Shown one piece after another: positions 1 through 12,844 of a DNA stretch of 64,000 nucleotides (position 1 is its first letter; each line of letters opens with the position of its first letter). A program made the translations under genes and the position numbers. This DNA is from Okamejei kenojei (Eukaryota). The stretch spans positions 5,456,001 to 5,520,000 of the forward strand of contig CM069154.1 in the NCBI GenBank assembly GCA_035221665.1. Direction: 5' to 3'. The notes beneath the pieces are model-generated. The model did not search any database and was not told the DNA's origin. It saw nothing but the letters and a program-made list of their open reading frames with translations.

Positions 1-874
1 GGAGAGAGAGTAGAGGGGTGGAGGGGGAAGAAAGGGGTAGATGGGGAGGGGGGTGTTAGGGGGAATGGAGAAGGGGGGTGAAGGGGGAGAGGGGGAGGTG
101 GGTCGTTCGCTCACGGCAGCGCTCCCACCCCTCCAGTCACCGTGCTTCACGCACACAGCCCCAGCTCCACCCCTCTCTCCCCGGGGAGACACAGTGATCA
201 ATACAGGGTGGGCCGGGCAGGGGGCTGGAGCAACGTTTACAAACATTGGCCTCAGCTCACACCCATCCGCCTGGAACCCGGCCTCAGCTCCCGCCACGGG
301 CCCTCTCCCTCCCTTCTCTCCTTCCCTTCTTCCCTCCCTTCCCTTCTTCCCTCTCTCCCTTCCTCCCTTCCTTCCTCCCTTCTCTCCTTCCCTCCCACAC
401 ACACATCACGCACAGACAACTAACACACACAACTAAGTTAGGATGGGGTAGAAGCCCAAAGGGTAGGATGGGGCTGAAGCCCAAAATTTAATGCCTGGAT
501 TGGTTTTTCACCAATGGTTATTGGTTTTCCAGGATCTATTTAATTAAATTACTTTTTTTTAAATCATTTCACAGTCACAAAAACATGTGGTATTGTAACT
601 ATGTACTTTTCAGAGGTGATCTACACATTTTGTTTGTTACTTGTAGGCTTACATGTATGCAATTTTATATTAAAATGTAGCTTAGATCAGTTTGGTCCAT
701 TAAGTCGCATGCACTTTTTAAGTGCAAATGTTGATTACTTTGCATTCTACCATAGAGATATAAAGTCCAGAATAGACTTTAATTATATTTCTATGAATCT
801 AGACCTTGACTGGGAACCTGGGGCTCACCAAAATAGTTACCACTTGGGCCCCACAACTCCTAAGGCCGGCCCTG
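1..874. mobile_element. hAT-type MITE, copy 1 (left end outside window)
   Basis: Ends ggccggccctg|catgtacc, as in 23674-24650. Confidence 0.8.
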
Positions 875-1499
875 CATGTACCTGTCTAACTGTTTCTTAA
901 ATGATGGGATAGTCCCTGCCTCAATTACCTCCTCTGGCAGCTTCATCCATACACCCACCAGCCTTTGTGTGAAAAAGACACATCATAATTATTCCAGGTG
1001 GACGTTGTGTTTGAAACATCAGTGGCAGATCCAGCTTCCACCACAGGCCGGGAACTTTAGTTCAATGGGGCACAAAGTGCTGACGTAACTCTGTAGGTCA
1101 GGCAGTATCTCATGGTCTTGACTTGAAACGTCACATATCCATGTTGTCCACAGATGCTGCCTGACCTGCTGAGTCCCCACTGACACCACAGGCAGCTGGC
1201 TATTCAGCTTTAGTAAAGCACAAAGTGCTGGAGTAAGGCAGCAGGTCAGGCAGCATCTCTGGAGAACATCGATAGGTGACGTTTTGGGTTGAGACCTGAA
1301 TAAGGGGTAGGCCAGATGAGGAAAAACCTTTTCACCCAGAGTTGTGAATCTGTAGAATTCTTTGCCACAGAGGGCTGTGGAGGCCAATTCACTGGATGTA
1401 TTCAAGAGAGAGTTAGATATAGCTCTTAGGGCTAATGGAATCATGGGATAGGGGGAGCAAGCAGAAGAGGGTACTGATTTTGGATGATCAGCCATGAAC

Positions 1500-2090
1500 A
1501 GTCTGACCTTGTCACAAAACATCGCATCACTAATAAAGAGAGCACAGCAGCGTTTGCACTTTCTGCGCCGGATAAGAGCTCACCTCCCCATCCCGTCCTC
1601 ACCACTTTCTACAGGGGCACCATAGCATTTTGACCAGCTGCATCTGTCTGGTTTGGGGACTGCAAAGCCTCCGACTGGAAGTCCGTGCAGAGAGTGGTGA
1701 GGACGGCTGAAAAAATCATCGGGACTTCTCTTCCTTCAATCCGGGACATTGCGTGCAAACGTTGCTTGTCCAAGGCCAACAGCATTATAAAAGACCCCAC
1801 ACATCTCCATCATGGACTGTTCACTCTGCTGCCCTCGGGCAAATGGTATCGCAGTATAAGGAGCAGAACGGCCAGGTTCTGCAACAGCCTCTTCCCCAGA
1901 GCCATCAGACTCTTGAATTCCATATAATGTGCCGCCACTATTATCTATTTTATCTTTTTATCTATTTGATCTTTTTATATATTTTATCCTTTTGTTATTT
2001 TATGTTGCATGGTGAGCCAGATGCAATGAAATTTCATTCCAACTTGAATTTGTTGGTGTATTTGTGAATGACAATAAAGTCTTTGATTGA
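1500..2090 (+). mobile_element. Rex1/Babar LINE 3' fragment (also about 25250-25845 and 55270-55880)
   Basis: QRVVRTAEKIIG...KDPTH...LLPSGK.YRSIRSRT...FPRAIRLLN is the typical Rex1 C-terminus, followed by AATAAA. Confidence 0.8.
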
Positions 2091-2502
2091 AAATCATATT
2101 GAATGGCACTGGTGGCTCGAAGGGCCGAATTGCCTACTCCTGCGCCTATGTTCTATGGTTATATGTTTCTATGAATCGTTACCTATCCACTTTCTCCAGA
2201 GATAGTTCCTGACCCGTTGAGTTACTCCAGCACTTTGAGTCCTTTTGTGTATTAACCAGCATCTGCAGTTCCTTGTTTCTACTAGTTCAATGGGGATGTG
2301 GGTTGTAGTGAGATTGAACACTATTGTAGTGTGATTGAAACCCGTCGGTTTCTCCAGAGATGCTGCCTGTCCCGCTGAGTTACTCCAGCTCTTTGTGTCT
2401 ATCTTTGGTGTAAACCAGCACCTGCAGTTCCTTGCTGCACATGATCTTTGCGAAACCATGAAGCTGTCTGAACAGCACAAATTACATGTTTTTTATTGTT
2501 AA

Positions 2503-4304
2503 CCAACCAACCAACCCAGCCAGACCCCAGTCTACAAAGAATGGACCCGGCATCCTCTCCTTCCCATTCACCACTTCACACCTACTTAAGGCAAGACTCC
2601 AGTATGAAAAGACTGTCACTTCACACCCACTCACAAAGACTGGGCCCTTCTACGCCCACCCCCCTCCAATCACCACTTCACACCAAATCACCCACACCCT
2701 CTGTGCTGCAAAACATCACTTATCAAATCTCAACAATAAAAATAGAGGAGGAGGAGAGGCATTTCAGAGGACAAAAAAGCCGGAAATCTCCAGGACTTGA
2801 CAATGTTTCCCCCTTGACTCTTAAGCTCTGTGCCAAACAGCTGGCACCGGTCTACACAGACATTTTAAACCAGTCCCTGCAAACATGTACTGTCCCTGCC
2901 TGCTTCAAAGTCTCCACTATTGTCACTGCACCCAAAAAGGCAAGGATTACTTGTCTTAATGACTACAGGCCTGTCACACTGACCTCTGTAGTCATGAAGA
3001 CACTCGAAAGGCATGTGCTGGCCAAGTTGAAAAATATCACAAACAGATCTATTGGACCCTCTGCAATTTGCATATCGGGCCAATAGATCTGTGGATGATG
3101 CAGTCAACCTGGGCCTGCACTTCATCCTAGACCACCAGGGGACCTATGCGAGGATCCTGTTTGTTGATTTTAGCTCTGCATTCAACACCATTGTGCCAGA
3201 GCTACTACACTCCAAACTTTCCAAGTTGACTGTGCCTGAACCCCTCTGTCGGTGGATCACCAGCTTCCTGACAGACAGGAAGCAGCATGTGAGGCTGGGA
3301 AAGCACCTCGAACCCGCAAACGCTCAGCATAGAGGCACCGCAAGGCTGCGTACTCTCCCCTCTCCTCTACTCTCTCTGCACCAATGACTGCACCTCTACA
3401 GACTCCTCTGCCAAACTTCCCAAGTTTGCGGACGATACAACCCTGATTGGACTGATCCAGGATGGGGAGAAATCTGCCTACAGACAGGAAGTGTCACAGC
3501 TGGCGTCCTGGTGCCGTAGCAACAACCTAGAACTCAATGCTCTTAAGACAGTGAAATTGATTGTAGACTTTAGGAGAGCTCCCCCTCCCCTCACCTCACT
3601 CACCATCAACAACACCACAGTCACATCTGTGGAGTCGTTTAAGTTCCTGGGAAATATCACCTCCAAGGACCTTCAGTGTGGGGCGACCATCAACTCCACA
3701 GTCAAAAAGGCACAACAGATGATGTACTTCCTGCGGCAGCTGAGGAAGCACAATCTGCCGCAGGCAATGATGGTCCAATTCTACACGGCCATCGTAGAGT
3801 CTGTTCTCACCTTCTCCATCATGGTCTGGTTTGGCTCAGCCACCAAGCACGACACCTGGAGGCTGCAACGAATCGTCCGATCAGCTGAGAAGGTTATTGG
3901 CTGCAACCTTCCCTCCATTGATGAACTGTACACTGCAAGGGCCAGGAAGCGAGCAGGCAAGATCATCTCTGACCCCTCTCACGCTGGCCACAAACTCTTT
4001 GAATCACTTCCCTCAGGATGGCGACTCCAGGCTGTCAAAACTGCCACATAAAAACAGTTTTTATCCACGAGTAGTTGCTCTACTCAACAGCCAAAAATCT
4101 GTAGCCTCCCTTTGATCTGATATTTTGTTGGTTCACATGCTTGATCAATGGTGTTTTGTCATTAATGTTTTATTATTATTAATGTTTAGTATTTTCTGAG
4201 TGATTCGTAACTGTCACTGTATGTCATGTTGTTACGTGTGGGCGGAGCACCAAGGCAAATTCCTTGTATGTGAATACTTGGCCAATAAACCTACTTACTT
4301 ACTT
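2503..4304 (+). mobile_element. 5'-truncated Rex1/Babar LINE, frameshifted in this copy
   Basis: RT motifs [23 protein letters not shown] and FADD; AATAAA plus an (ACTT)n tail. Confidence 0.9.
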
Positions 4305-4362
4305 AAACCTCAGCTTGTGTTGCTGCAGTGAGAGTGATCTTTCATCATTAATGTGCCCACAG

Positions 4363-4685
4363 GGTCAAGGGGAGTAACTGAACCCGAGGAGGTGAGGGAG
4401 AGTTGGGGCAGTCGGTCACTGTGGAATGTCAGTATGATTCGAAATATAGAGATTACAACAAGCTGTGGAGTAAAGGTGATGATTACCAGTCATCTTCTAC
4501 CGTGGTTTCTACTGATGACCCACGACAAGGGAGAACATCGATAACTGATGACAAAACACAACAGATAGTTTCAGTAACCATCAACAACCTGGAGAAGAGT
4601 GATGAAGGACGCTACTGGTGTGTGATAGCAAAGGGAAAACATTCACACAATGAATCGACCTCCATCTCATTGATGGTTTCTGAAG
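4363..4685 (+). pseudogene. Gene 1, Ig V-set exon A (CD300/pIgR-like), with a 1-bp frameshift
   Basis: Acceptor cccacag|GG at 4363 and donor gaag|gtacgt at 4685. Translation ...GQSVTVECQY...KLWSKG...DEGRYWC...ISLMVSE. The exon is 323 bp versus 324 bp in its three sister exons (gtgagggagag vs gtgaggggagag near 4395), which splits it between ORFs 4353 and 4403. A homopolymer sequencing error is possible. Confidence 0.8.
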
Positions 4686-5604
4686 GTACGTTGACGATCT
4701 CTCCTCACGCTCCCAGATGTGAAAATTCCAGCCAGGGAATTTCGGCCTCAGTCCTGATGGTGACTCGGTGCCACATCCCCGGGGGTCGAGGTGGACGGGG
4801 GGGGGGGGGGGGGGGTGGTGGTGGTGGTGGTGCATACATCATTTACTGGGCCCACTGTCCCAGGAGCAGTATAGGGGGGGATGTCAGACACCAGCCCCAC
4901 GGAAGATCCCAGCTACCGCGGTTCTGCTGCTGAGGCTCATTTCCCGAAAGACGATCGCTCTGGGACCAGAACCTCCAGAACCAGGTGGGGGAAAACCGGC
5001 CCCTCACCCACCAGGGTGGAGAAAGGGAGAAAGGGGTCAAGGGGGAAGGGGAAGGCGCAGGTTAGTAGAAGATAGTTAAAATTAGAGAATTCAACGTTCA
5101 AACCGTTGGGTTGTAAACTACCTGAGCGTAATATGAGGTACGGTTCCTCCAACTTGCATGTGGCCTCACTCTGGCAATGGAGGAGGCCCAGGACAGACAG
5201 GTCAGTGTGGGAATGGGAAGGGACGTTGACAGGGTTAGCAACCGGGAGATCAAGAAGGGTCCCGACCCGAAAAGGACACCTGCCCTTTTACTCCAGAGAT
5301 GCTGCCTGATCTGCCATCAGTCTGAAGAAGGGTCTTGACCTGAAACGTCGCCTATTTCCTTCACTCCATAGATGCTTCCGCCCTCACCAGCTGAGTTTCT
5401 CCAGCATTTTTGTCTACCTGCCGAGTTACTCCAGCTCTTTGTGTCAATCTTTGGTGTAAACCAGCACCTGCAGTTCCTTGCTACACATGATCTATGCAAA
5501 ACCATGAACCTGTCTGAACAGCACAAATGACATGTTTTTTATTGTTAAACCTCAGCTTGTGTTGCTGCAGTGTGAGTGATCTTTCATCATTCATGTGCCA
5601 ACAG

Positions 5605-5928
5605 GGTCAGGGGGAATAACTGGACCCAAGGAGGTGAGGGGAGAGTTGGGGCAGTCGGTCACTGTGGAATGTCGGTATGATCAGGAATACAGTGACAACA
5701 GGAAGCTATGGAGTAAAGGTTATTATTACCGGTCATCTTCTACCGTGGTTTCTACTGATGACCCACGACAAGGGAGAACATCGATGACTGATAACAAAAC
5801 ACAACGGATACTTTCAGTAACCATCGACAACCTGGAGAAGAGTGATGAAGGACACTACTGGTGTGTGATAGTAAAGGGAATCTTTTCAAGCAATGAAAGG
5901 ACCTCCATCTCATTGAAGGTTTCTGAAG
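5605..5928 (+). CDS. Gene 1, Ig V-set exon B (CD300/pIgR/TREM-like)
   Basis: caacag|GG ... gaag|gtacgt, 324 bp, phase 1/1. GSGGITGPKEVRGELGQSVTVECRYDQEYSDNRKLWSKG...TIDNLEKSDEGHYWCVIVKG...ISLKVSE carries the B-strand Cys, the C-strand Trp and the DxGxYWC motif. Confidence 0.9.
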
Positions 5929-6679
5929 GTACGTTGACGATCTCTCCTCACTCTCCCAGATGTGAACATTCCAGCCTGGGAATTCCGGCCTCGGTCCTGA
6001 CGGTGATTCGGTGCCACATCCCCGGGGGTCGCGGTGAAGGGGGGGGAGCACATTTACTGGGGTCCATGAGCCCACTGTCCAAGGAGCAGTGTGTGTGTGT
6101 ATGTGTGTGTTTGGGGGGGGGGACCTCGTGAACGGGGACCGGCGGTTTCTGCTGCTGGCGGCTTATTTCCACAAAGAAGATCGCTCCGGGACCAGAACCT
6201 CTGCCGTCCCCTCACTGTGGCAGGAGGGGTGGAACCGCCCCCTCACCCTCTCCCCCTGCCCGTCACTGTCACACCCACCACACACACAACATCTGAAGAA
6301 GGGTCCCAACCCTATACATCGTCTGTTCATTCCTTCCACAGATGCTGCCAGACCTGCTGAGTTACTCCAGCACTTTGTGTTTTGCTCAAGATTCCAGCAC
6401 CTGCAATTCCTTGTGTCTCACAAACTTTGGTGATTCATGAGCTCAGTTTATTGTTGTCGTCTGTACCGACGCACAGGGAAAAGCTTTTACCGTGTTTCGA
6501 ATGAGGGCCAAGTCACTGGGTATTTTTAAGATTCATAGGTTCTCGATTAGTATGGGTGTCAAGCGATATGGGGAGAAGGGAAGAGAATGGGGTTGAGAGG
6601 GAGAGATAGATCAGCCATGATTGAATGGTGGAGTAGACAAAAATGGGCCAAATGGCCTCATTCTCCCCTATCACATGAA

Positions 6680-7055
6680 CTTCATTACAAGAGGATTTCA
6701 GTACAGGAGTGGAGAGGTTCTTCTGCAGTTGTATTGGGGTCTGGTAGGACCACATCTGGAATGTTGTGTCCAGTTTTGGTCTCCTAATTTGAGGAAGGAC
6801 ATCCTTGTGATTGAGGCAATGCAGCGTAGGTTCACGAGATTGATCCCTGGGATGACGGGACTGTTATATGAGGAAAGATTGAAAAGACTAGGTTCTGAAC
6901 TGGAGTTTAGGATGATGAGTGGGGATCTTATAGAAACATATAAAATTATAAAAGGACTGGACAAGCTCGATGAAGGAAAAATGTCCCCCAATGTTGGGTG
7001 ACTCCAGAACCAGGGGCCACAGTCTTAGAATAAAGGGGAGGCCATTTAAGACTGA
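6680..7055 (+). mobile_element. CR1 LINE 3' fragment, split by L1 and continuing at 10590-10855
   Basis: LECCVQFWSP...QRRFTRLIPGM...DLIETYKIIKG. The uninterrupted paralog is at about 30490-31120. Confidence 0.85.
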
Positions 7056-10000
7056 AGCAAGAGGTACGGCAATTATAATATTTAACCTTTTAAATTAAAG
7101 AAGTCTATATCTGATAAAGAGGGAAGATACGTTATAGTCACGGGAGAAATTTATAATACATCATTAACTATGATAAATATTTACGCACCTAATTTTGATA
7201 ACCCCCAATTTTTTAAGAAAATAGTAGATATAATTGCAGAGCATAATTATCAAAATATAATAATGGGGGGAGATTTCAATTGTGTTATAGACCCATATTT
7301 AGAAAAATCAATAAAGTAGGGAAGCGTCTTGTTAAAACTAATACCTGTGAATTCTTAAATACTTATATAAAAAATAATAACATAACTGATGTTTGGAGAA
7401 TAGCAAACCCAATTGGAAGGGAATATTCGTTTTACTCATCGGTTCATAAAACTTACTCACGAATTGACTATTTCTTATTGGATACAAAATTAATCCCGTA
7501 TACGACTAAACCATCATACCATAATAGTATTATTTCCGATCATTCACCACTGACTTTTATACTTAAAATCGAGGGAATGCCGTATATAATACCTTTTTGG
7601 AGATTCAACGCACAAATATTAAATAACCCACAGGGTTATGAGCATATAAAAAAAACAAACAAAAAAAAAATTTAGAGATAAATGAGACGCCGGGTATTTC
7701 TGTATCGCTATTATGGGAAACCTTTAAGGCATACATCCGCGGTGTTATAATCTCTTATCAAAGTTTTCAAAATAAAGAAAATAAAAGAGAACTTCAGAGG
7801 ATTGAACAGGAAATAAAATTATTAGATCTGGACAATGCAAATGACCCACCATAGATAAACATAATAAGATAACTTTATTGAAATATAAACTCAATAGAAT
7901 ATTATCGGCAAGAGTAATAAGATTATTCCAAATTACAAAACACACACACTTCGAATTTGAGATAAGCCACATAAATGATTAGCGAGGCAACTGAAGCAAC
8001 AAGAAAAGGAAAATACTATCACTAAAATTAAATCTGATAAGGGCGAGCTTCTAACACTACCAAAGGATATTAATAAAAGGTTTGCCCAATTTTATCATAA
8101 TTTATACACAACTAAAATAAATACAGATGATAGTAAAATTACAAATTTTTTAGATAATTGCAATCTCCCTAAATTGGATAGTTTAGAACAAGAGGAATTA
8201 GGAGCACGGATTACTAGTGAAGAAATAAAACAAACAATAAACTCATTGAAAAATGGGAAGACCCCAGGACCAGATGGTTTTAGCAATGAATTTTATAAAC
8301 AATTTCAGGAGTCAATTGTACCAAGATTATTCAACTTATACGCGCAGGCTTATACCGAAAATAAACTACCAGAAACTTTAGCTGAATCAACAATAACGCT
8401 TATACCAAAAAAAAGATAAAGACTTAGAGGAACCAGGTTCTTACAGAGCTATATCACTTCTAAACACGGATCAGAAAATTTTAGCAAAGATTCTAGCAAG
8501 AAGACTGAATAATTATATTAACAAATTGGTAAACCCGGATCAAACAGGATTTATACCTAAAAGACAATCACTTAATAACTCGAGAAGGCTTTTCAATATA
8601 ATGTACTCTCACAAAGAGCACATTGAAGATATTTCAGTCATTACATTGGATGCAGAGAAGGCATTTGATCAGGTAGAATGACAGTATTTATATAAGGTAC
8701 TCCAAAAATTGAACACGGGAGAGAATTTTATTAGATGGGTTAAATTGCTTTATGATAAACCTACGGCAAGAATATTAACTAATAATATGTTATCTCCAAA
8801 ATTGTATTTATCAAGGGGTAATAGGCAGGGATGTGCCTTATCACCATTGCTATTTGCCCTTATGATAGAACCGCTGGCTGAAAGGATTAGAAATCATCCA
8901 AATATTCACGGATATAATACTAAGGACTCAAAGAATAAAATTTAATTATATGCTGACGATATTCTTTTATATATTACTAATACACAAACGAGTATCCCCA
9001 CCTTATTAACACTAATCGAGGAATTTGGTTCTTTTTCAGGATATAGAATAAATTGGAATAAAAGCGAAATTATGTCTTTGAAACCACAGGATGCGAGACA
9101 CTTATTAAAATTTCCTTTCAAAATTGCAACAGAAAAATTCAAGTATTTGGGTATTCAAATTACGAGAAGACACAAATCATTATTTAGTGCTAATTTTATG
9201 CCACTATTAAATAAACTGAATGTTATGATTAAATTTTGGAAAACGCTACCGCTCTCATTGATAGGTAGAATTAACGCTATAAAAATTACTTTCTTACCAC
9301 AATTAATATATTTGTTTCAAGCGATCCCAATATATATTCCAAAATATTTTTTCAAAAAACTAGATTCTAATATCACTAATTTTATATGGGATTATAGAGC
9401 ACACAGAATTCAACGAAAGCATCTGTGTAAACCTAAAGAAGTTGGGGGGTTATCATTACCTAACTTTAAGTATTACTACTGGGCAGTGCATATAAAGAAC
9501 ATAATGTACTGGTTGGATAACTCCACTCACCAGTCGGAGTGGATAAGAATGGAGAAAGAGGAGTGTTTCCCCGTACGATATAGGAACGATCTTGTTCTCA
9601 CCGATAAAATTCACAAAAACTATTTTTATAATAGTATATTAAATAGAGAATTACCCTCAACAGAGGCACTAAGAGAAGATTGGGAACATGAACTAATGAT
9701 AAAGATTCCGAAAGATAAATGGGAAAAGTATCTGATGAACACATATAATTGTTCCATTAATGCAAGACATAATCTAATTCAATTTAAACTATTACATAGA
9801 CTATATTATTCAAAAACGAGGTTAAATAAATTCAACTCAAATGTTTCTCCTAGATGCGATAAATGTTTGTTTCAAAATGCCAATATATCACATTCATTTG
9901 TAGGATGTATAAAGTTGAATAAATTTGGAGCGATATATTTTGATATATTTACAAAGCTCTTCAAGTCAAGAATAGAACCAAATACGGAATGGATTATATT

Positions 10001-10589
10001 TGGAATAATAGTAGAAGATATCAAGTTAAACAAAGACCAAAAAGTATTCTTTAATTATGGGTTAATAATTGGAAAGAAATTGATACTTAAATTTTGGAAA
10101 AATACAGCTATACCAACTATTAAAATGTGGATTTGTAATATGACGGACATAGCTCACTTTGAAGAAATGAGACTCCGCCTAATAGATAAATATGACCAAT
10201 TCTTAAGGAGTTGGTCCCCTTTCATCGACTTTTTGGAATCATGTGATGCAGCAGTACCGTTAAGATTACTGATTTCAGCTCAGGTCGTGGGTAGAATTAC
10301 ATCTCCGAACAAAGATTTGAAAATTCTTTTTCTCCTATTTCTACTTTCTATGTTTTCTTTTCTTATATGCACACTTCAAGTTTTTCTATTTTCTACTATC
10401 TATTTTTCCTCTTTTTCTTCTCTCTATTTCTTGCCTTTTTTTAATTTCCTTTTCAAAAACATAAAACTAGAGGTTGTACATAGAATGTATTACGTTATGA
10501 CATAGTTGTCACCTAAAAGTAGGTGCCACTGTATTGTTTTTTACTGTATTAACTTCTAATAAAATAAACAAAACAAAAAAACAAAAAAA
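7056..10589 (+). mobile_element. L1/Tx1-clade LINE, 5'-truncated ORF2 (EN-RT-ZnF), degenerate; private to gene 1
   Basis: EN motifs NIYAPN, GDFN, SRIDY and SDH; RT motifs PGPDG, QGCALSP and YADD; polyA tail; TSD aagactg(a/t) at 7048 and 10590. Confidence 0.92.
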
Positions 10590-11586
10590 AAGACTGTGGT
10601 GAGAAAAAACATTTTCACCCAGAGAGTTGTGAATTTGTGGAATTCCCTGCCACAGAGGGCAGTGGAGGCCAAATCACTGGATGGATTTAAGAGAGAGTTA
10701 GATAGAGCTCTAGGGGCTAGTGGAATCAAAGGATATGGGGAGAAGGCAGGCACGGGTTATTGATTGTGGATGTTCAACCCAGATCACAGTGAATGGCGGT
10801 GCTGGCTCGAAGGGCCGAATGGCCTCTTCCTGCAACTATTTTCTATGTTCCTATAAATTATGAACGAAGAATCCTTATGAGATGACTGATATGGACTTTA
10901 AACTGAGCCGCACAAACTGTACAAGATGAGATACTCAACAGGTCGGGCAGCATCTGTGGAGAGAGAATGACAGTTAATGTTTCAGGTAGATACCTCCAAC
11001 CAAATTGCATTATTTCCAATTCAGTCCACGTAATGAAAATAGTCCATGGATCCTCCCGCTCCCAAGTTCTTCTCCAACGTAGAAGACATGTGCCTAACTC
11101 TAGCAGCAGGCAGATAACACAGCCTGTGGGACTCTGAAGGGCATGAAAGAAGTCTCTGAATGCTTGCGGCCATCATGTGGCATCTTAAAAATGGGTGAGC
11201 CTCCTGTCTAGACCAAGATGCTTGGTCCATCTATGGTGGCCTCAGAAGGATCTTTGTCCAAATGTATGGAGTGGGATTCAAACCACGAATATTCGACACA
11301 TGTGAAATTCCAGCTTGGGAATTCTCGGCCTCGGTCCTGACGGTGACTCGGTGCCACATCCCCGGGGTTCATGGGGGAGGGAGGGGGTGTTTGGTGGGAG
11401 GTGAGAAGGGGGTAGGGGGAATCCGCTGCATGGGGCCACACTGGTTTAGGATTTGAACCCAGGAATCTCTCCACACAGAGCAAGAGCACTCCCAACTGAA
11501 GCATCTCCCCCACATCACTGAAGTGGAACAGAACTTGCTTTCAGACATTTAATGTTCAAAAACTTCATTCACTTTATCTCCACAAG

Positions 11587-11728
11587 GGTCTCAAACAAAC
11601 CGCCCAGATATGGTCATCACCACCTCTACAACAATAAGCACAAGGGCTCTGACCACCCTGCCTCAAGATGCACCAACCACCGAGGCAGCAAGTTCCACTG
11701 AGTCTCCTGGTTCAATACTTTCAAACAG
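11587..11728 (+). CDS. Gene 1, Ser/Thr/Pro-rich mucin-like stalk exon
   Basis: ctttatctccacaag|GG ... aacag|gttggt, phase 1 in and phase 2 out. GSQTNRPDMVITTSTTISTRALTTLPQDAPTTEAASSTESPGSILSN. The paralog at 38112 keeps frame. Confidence 0.8.
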
Positions 11729-12639
11729 GTTGGTAACTCGAAGAGCCAACACAGCCTCAACTGAGAACAAATTAGTTAAGATCAGTTTCAACTCAGTTAA
11801 AAGATTCCTTGGCCCACCGAGTCCGCTCTGAGCAGCAATCACCCCCATACACCAGTTCTGTTCTACACACTAGGGGCAATTTACTACAAACCCCGCACGT
11901 CTTTGGAATGTGGGAGGAAATTGGAGAATCCAGAGTAAACTCTTGCAATCACAGGGAGAACATACAAACTATGTACTGACAGCACCGGTGGTCCGGTAGG
12001 ATCGTATCTTATTGTCGGTAAAATCAGTCCCAGTACTTTGAGAAAGCGTGGCTGATCACATTCCAGTCCATTGATAAATACTCCTTGGCCCTGACTAAAG
12101 TCCCTCTGTCCTTAGTACACCCAGTGGCCCTACCGTTGTGAATGTCTACCCTTATTTGATGCCAAAAAACAAATAACTTCACACTTATCACGGTTCAATA
12201 CCTGCTGGCATTGCTCTGCCCAACATACCAGTTGCTTCTCATCCCTCTGTGGTCTATGATTATTGTACTATCCAAAATGATACAATTTTGGTGTAATCTG
12301 TAAACTCGTTAATCATACTTCCAACATTAACATCTAAGGCCGGCAGATGGGACTAGTGTAGGTAAGGGCATCTTGGTCAGCGTGCGGAAATTGGGTCAAA
12401 GGACATGTTTTCGTGCTGTATGTCTGACCACCAACATGAACATCTAAGTTGTTAATGTATGTAGTCATGGAACACCTCCAAGGAATGGGTGCATGTTGCG
12501 ATATAAACATCTCACCAATGTCTACGCCACAACCTTGGATCACACTGAATGATTCCGTGTGCAATATGATGAAAAAATTCCCCAACGTTGATCTTTGATA
12601 ACTCTGTGTGGAAGTAATAATATTTCCTTGTATTTCCAG

Positions 12640-12747
12640 GGACATCGTGTTGAATGTTCGCCGTGTTTGGGGTGTGTTACGCTGGGTACTCTTTGGAGTT
12701 CTGCTTCTCTTCCTGGCTTCCATCAGCTGTGTGACAACTTTTAAAAG
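12640..12747 (+). CDS. Gene 1, transmembrane exon
   Basis: ttccttgtatttccag|G ... aaaag|gtaaaa, 108 bp, phase 2/2. RDIVLNVRRVWGVLRWVLFGVLLLFLASISCVTTFK is a hydrophobic helix containing an Arg. Confidence 0.85.
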
Positions 12748-12844
12748 GTAAAAGTTTGCAATCTCTTCACTCTAGTGTTCACATTAAATTAAATTGGAAA
12801 TGATGGGAGTTCACTTTAGAATTTAGAGATAAAGTGTGGACATA

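Noticed and set aside
41-491. Pro/Gly-rich ORFs here and at 23752-24291 and 53673-54173
   Set aside because: They are low-complexity purine/pyrimidine tracts inside the hAT MITE, and frames differ between copies.
4686-5079. Poly-Gly/poly-Pro ORF extensions after the Ig exons
   Set aside because: These are read-through into the intron and G-run past a conserved donor, and they are not frame-conserved between paralogs.
4363-6250. Rearranging antigen-receptor (Ig/TCR/IgNAR) V segments
   Set aside because: Each V exon already encodes its G strand and ends in a splice donor. I see no heptamer-spacer-nonamer after it and no C1 domains. The cactgtg inside the exons is just the V-T-V coding sequence.
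12334-12723. Minus-strand 129-aa ORF conserved in both copies (also 38887-39276)
   Set aside because: It is antisense to the TM exon, runs into repeat sequence and has no recognisable motif. Recent duplication explains the conservation.
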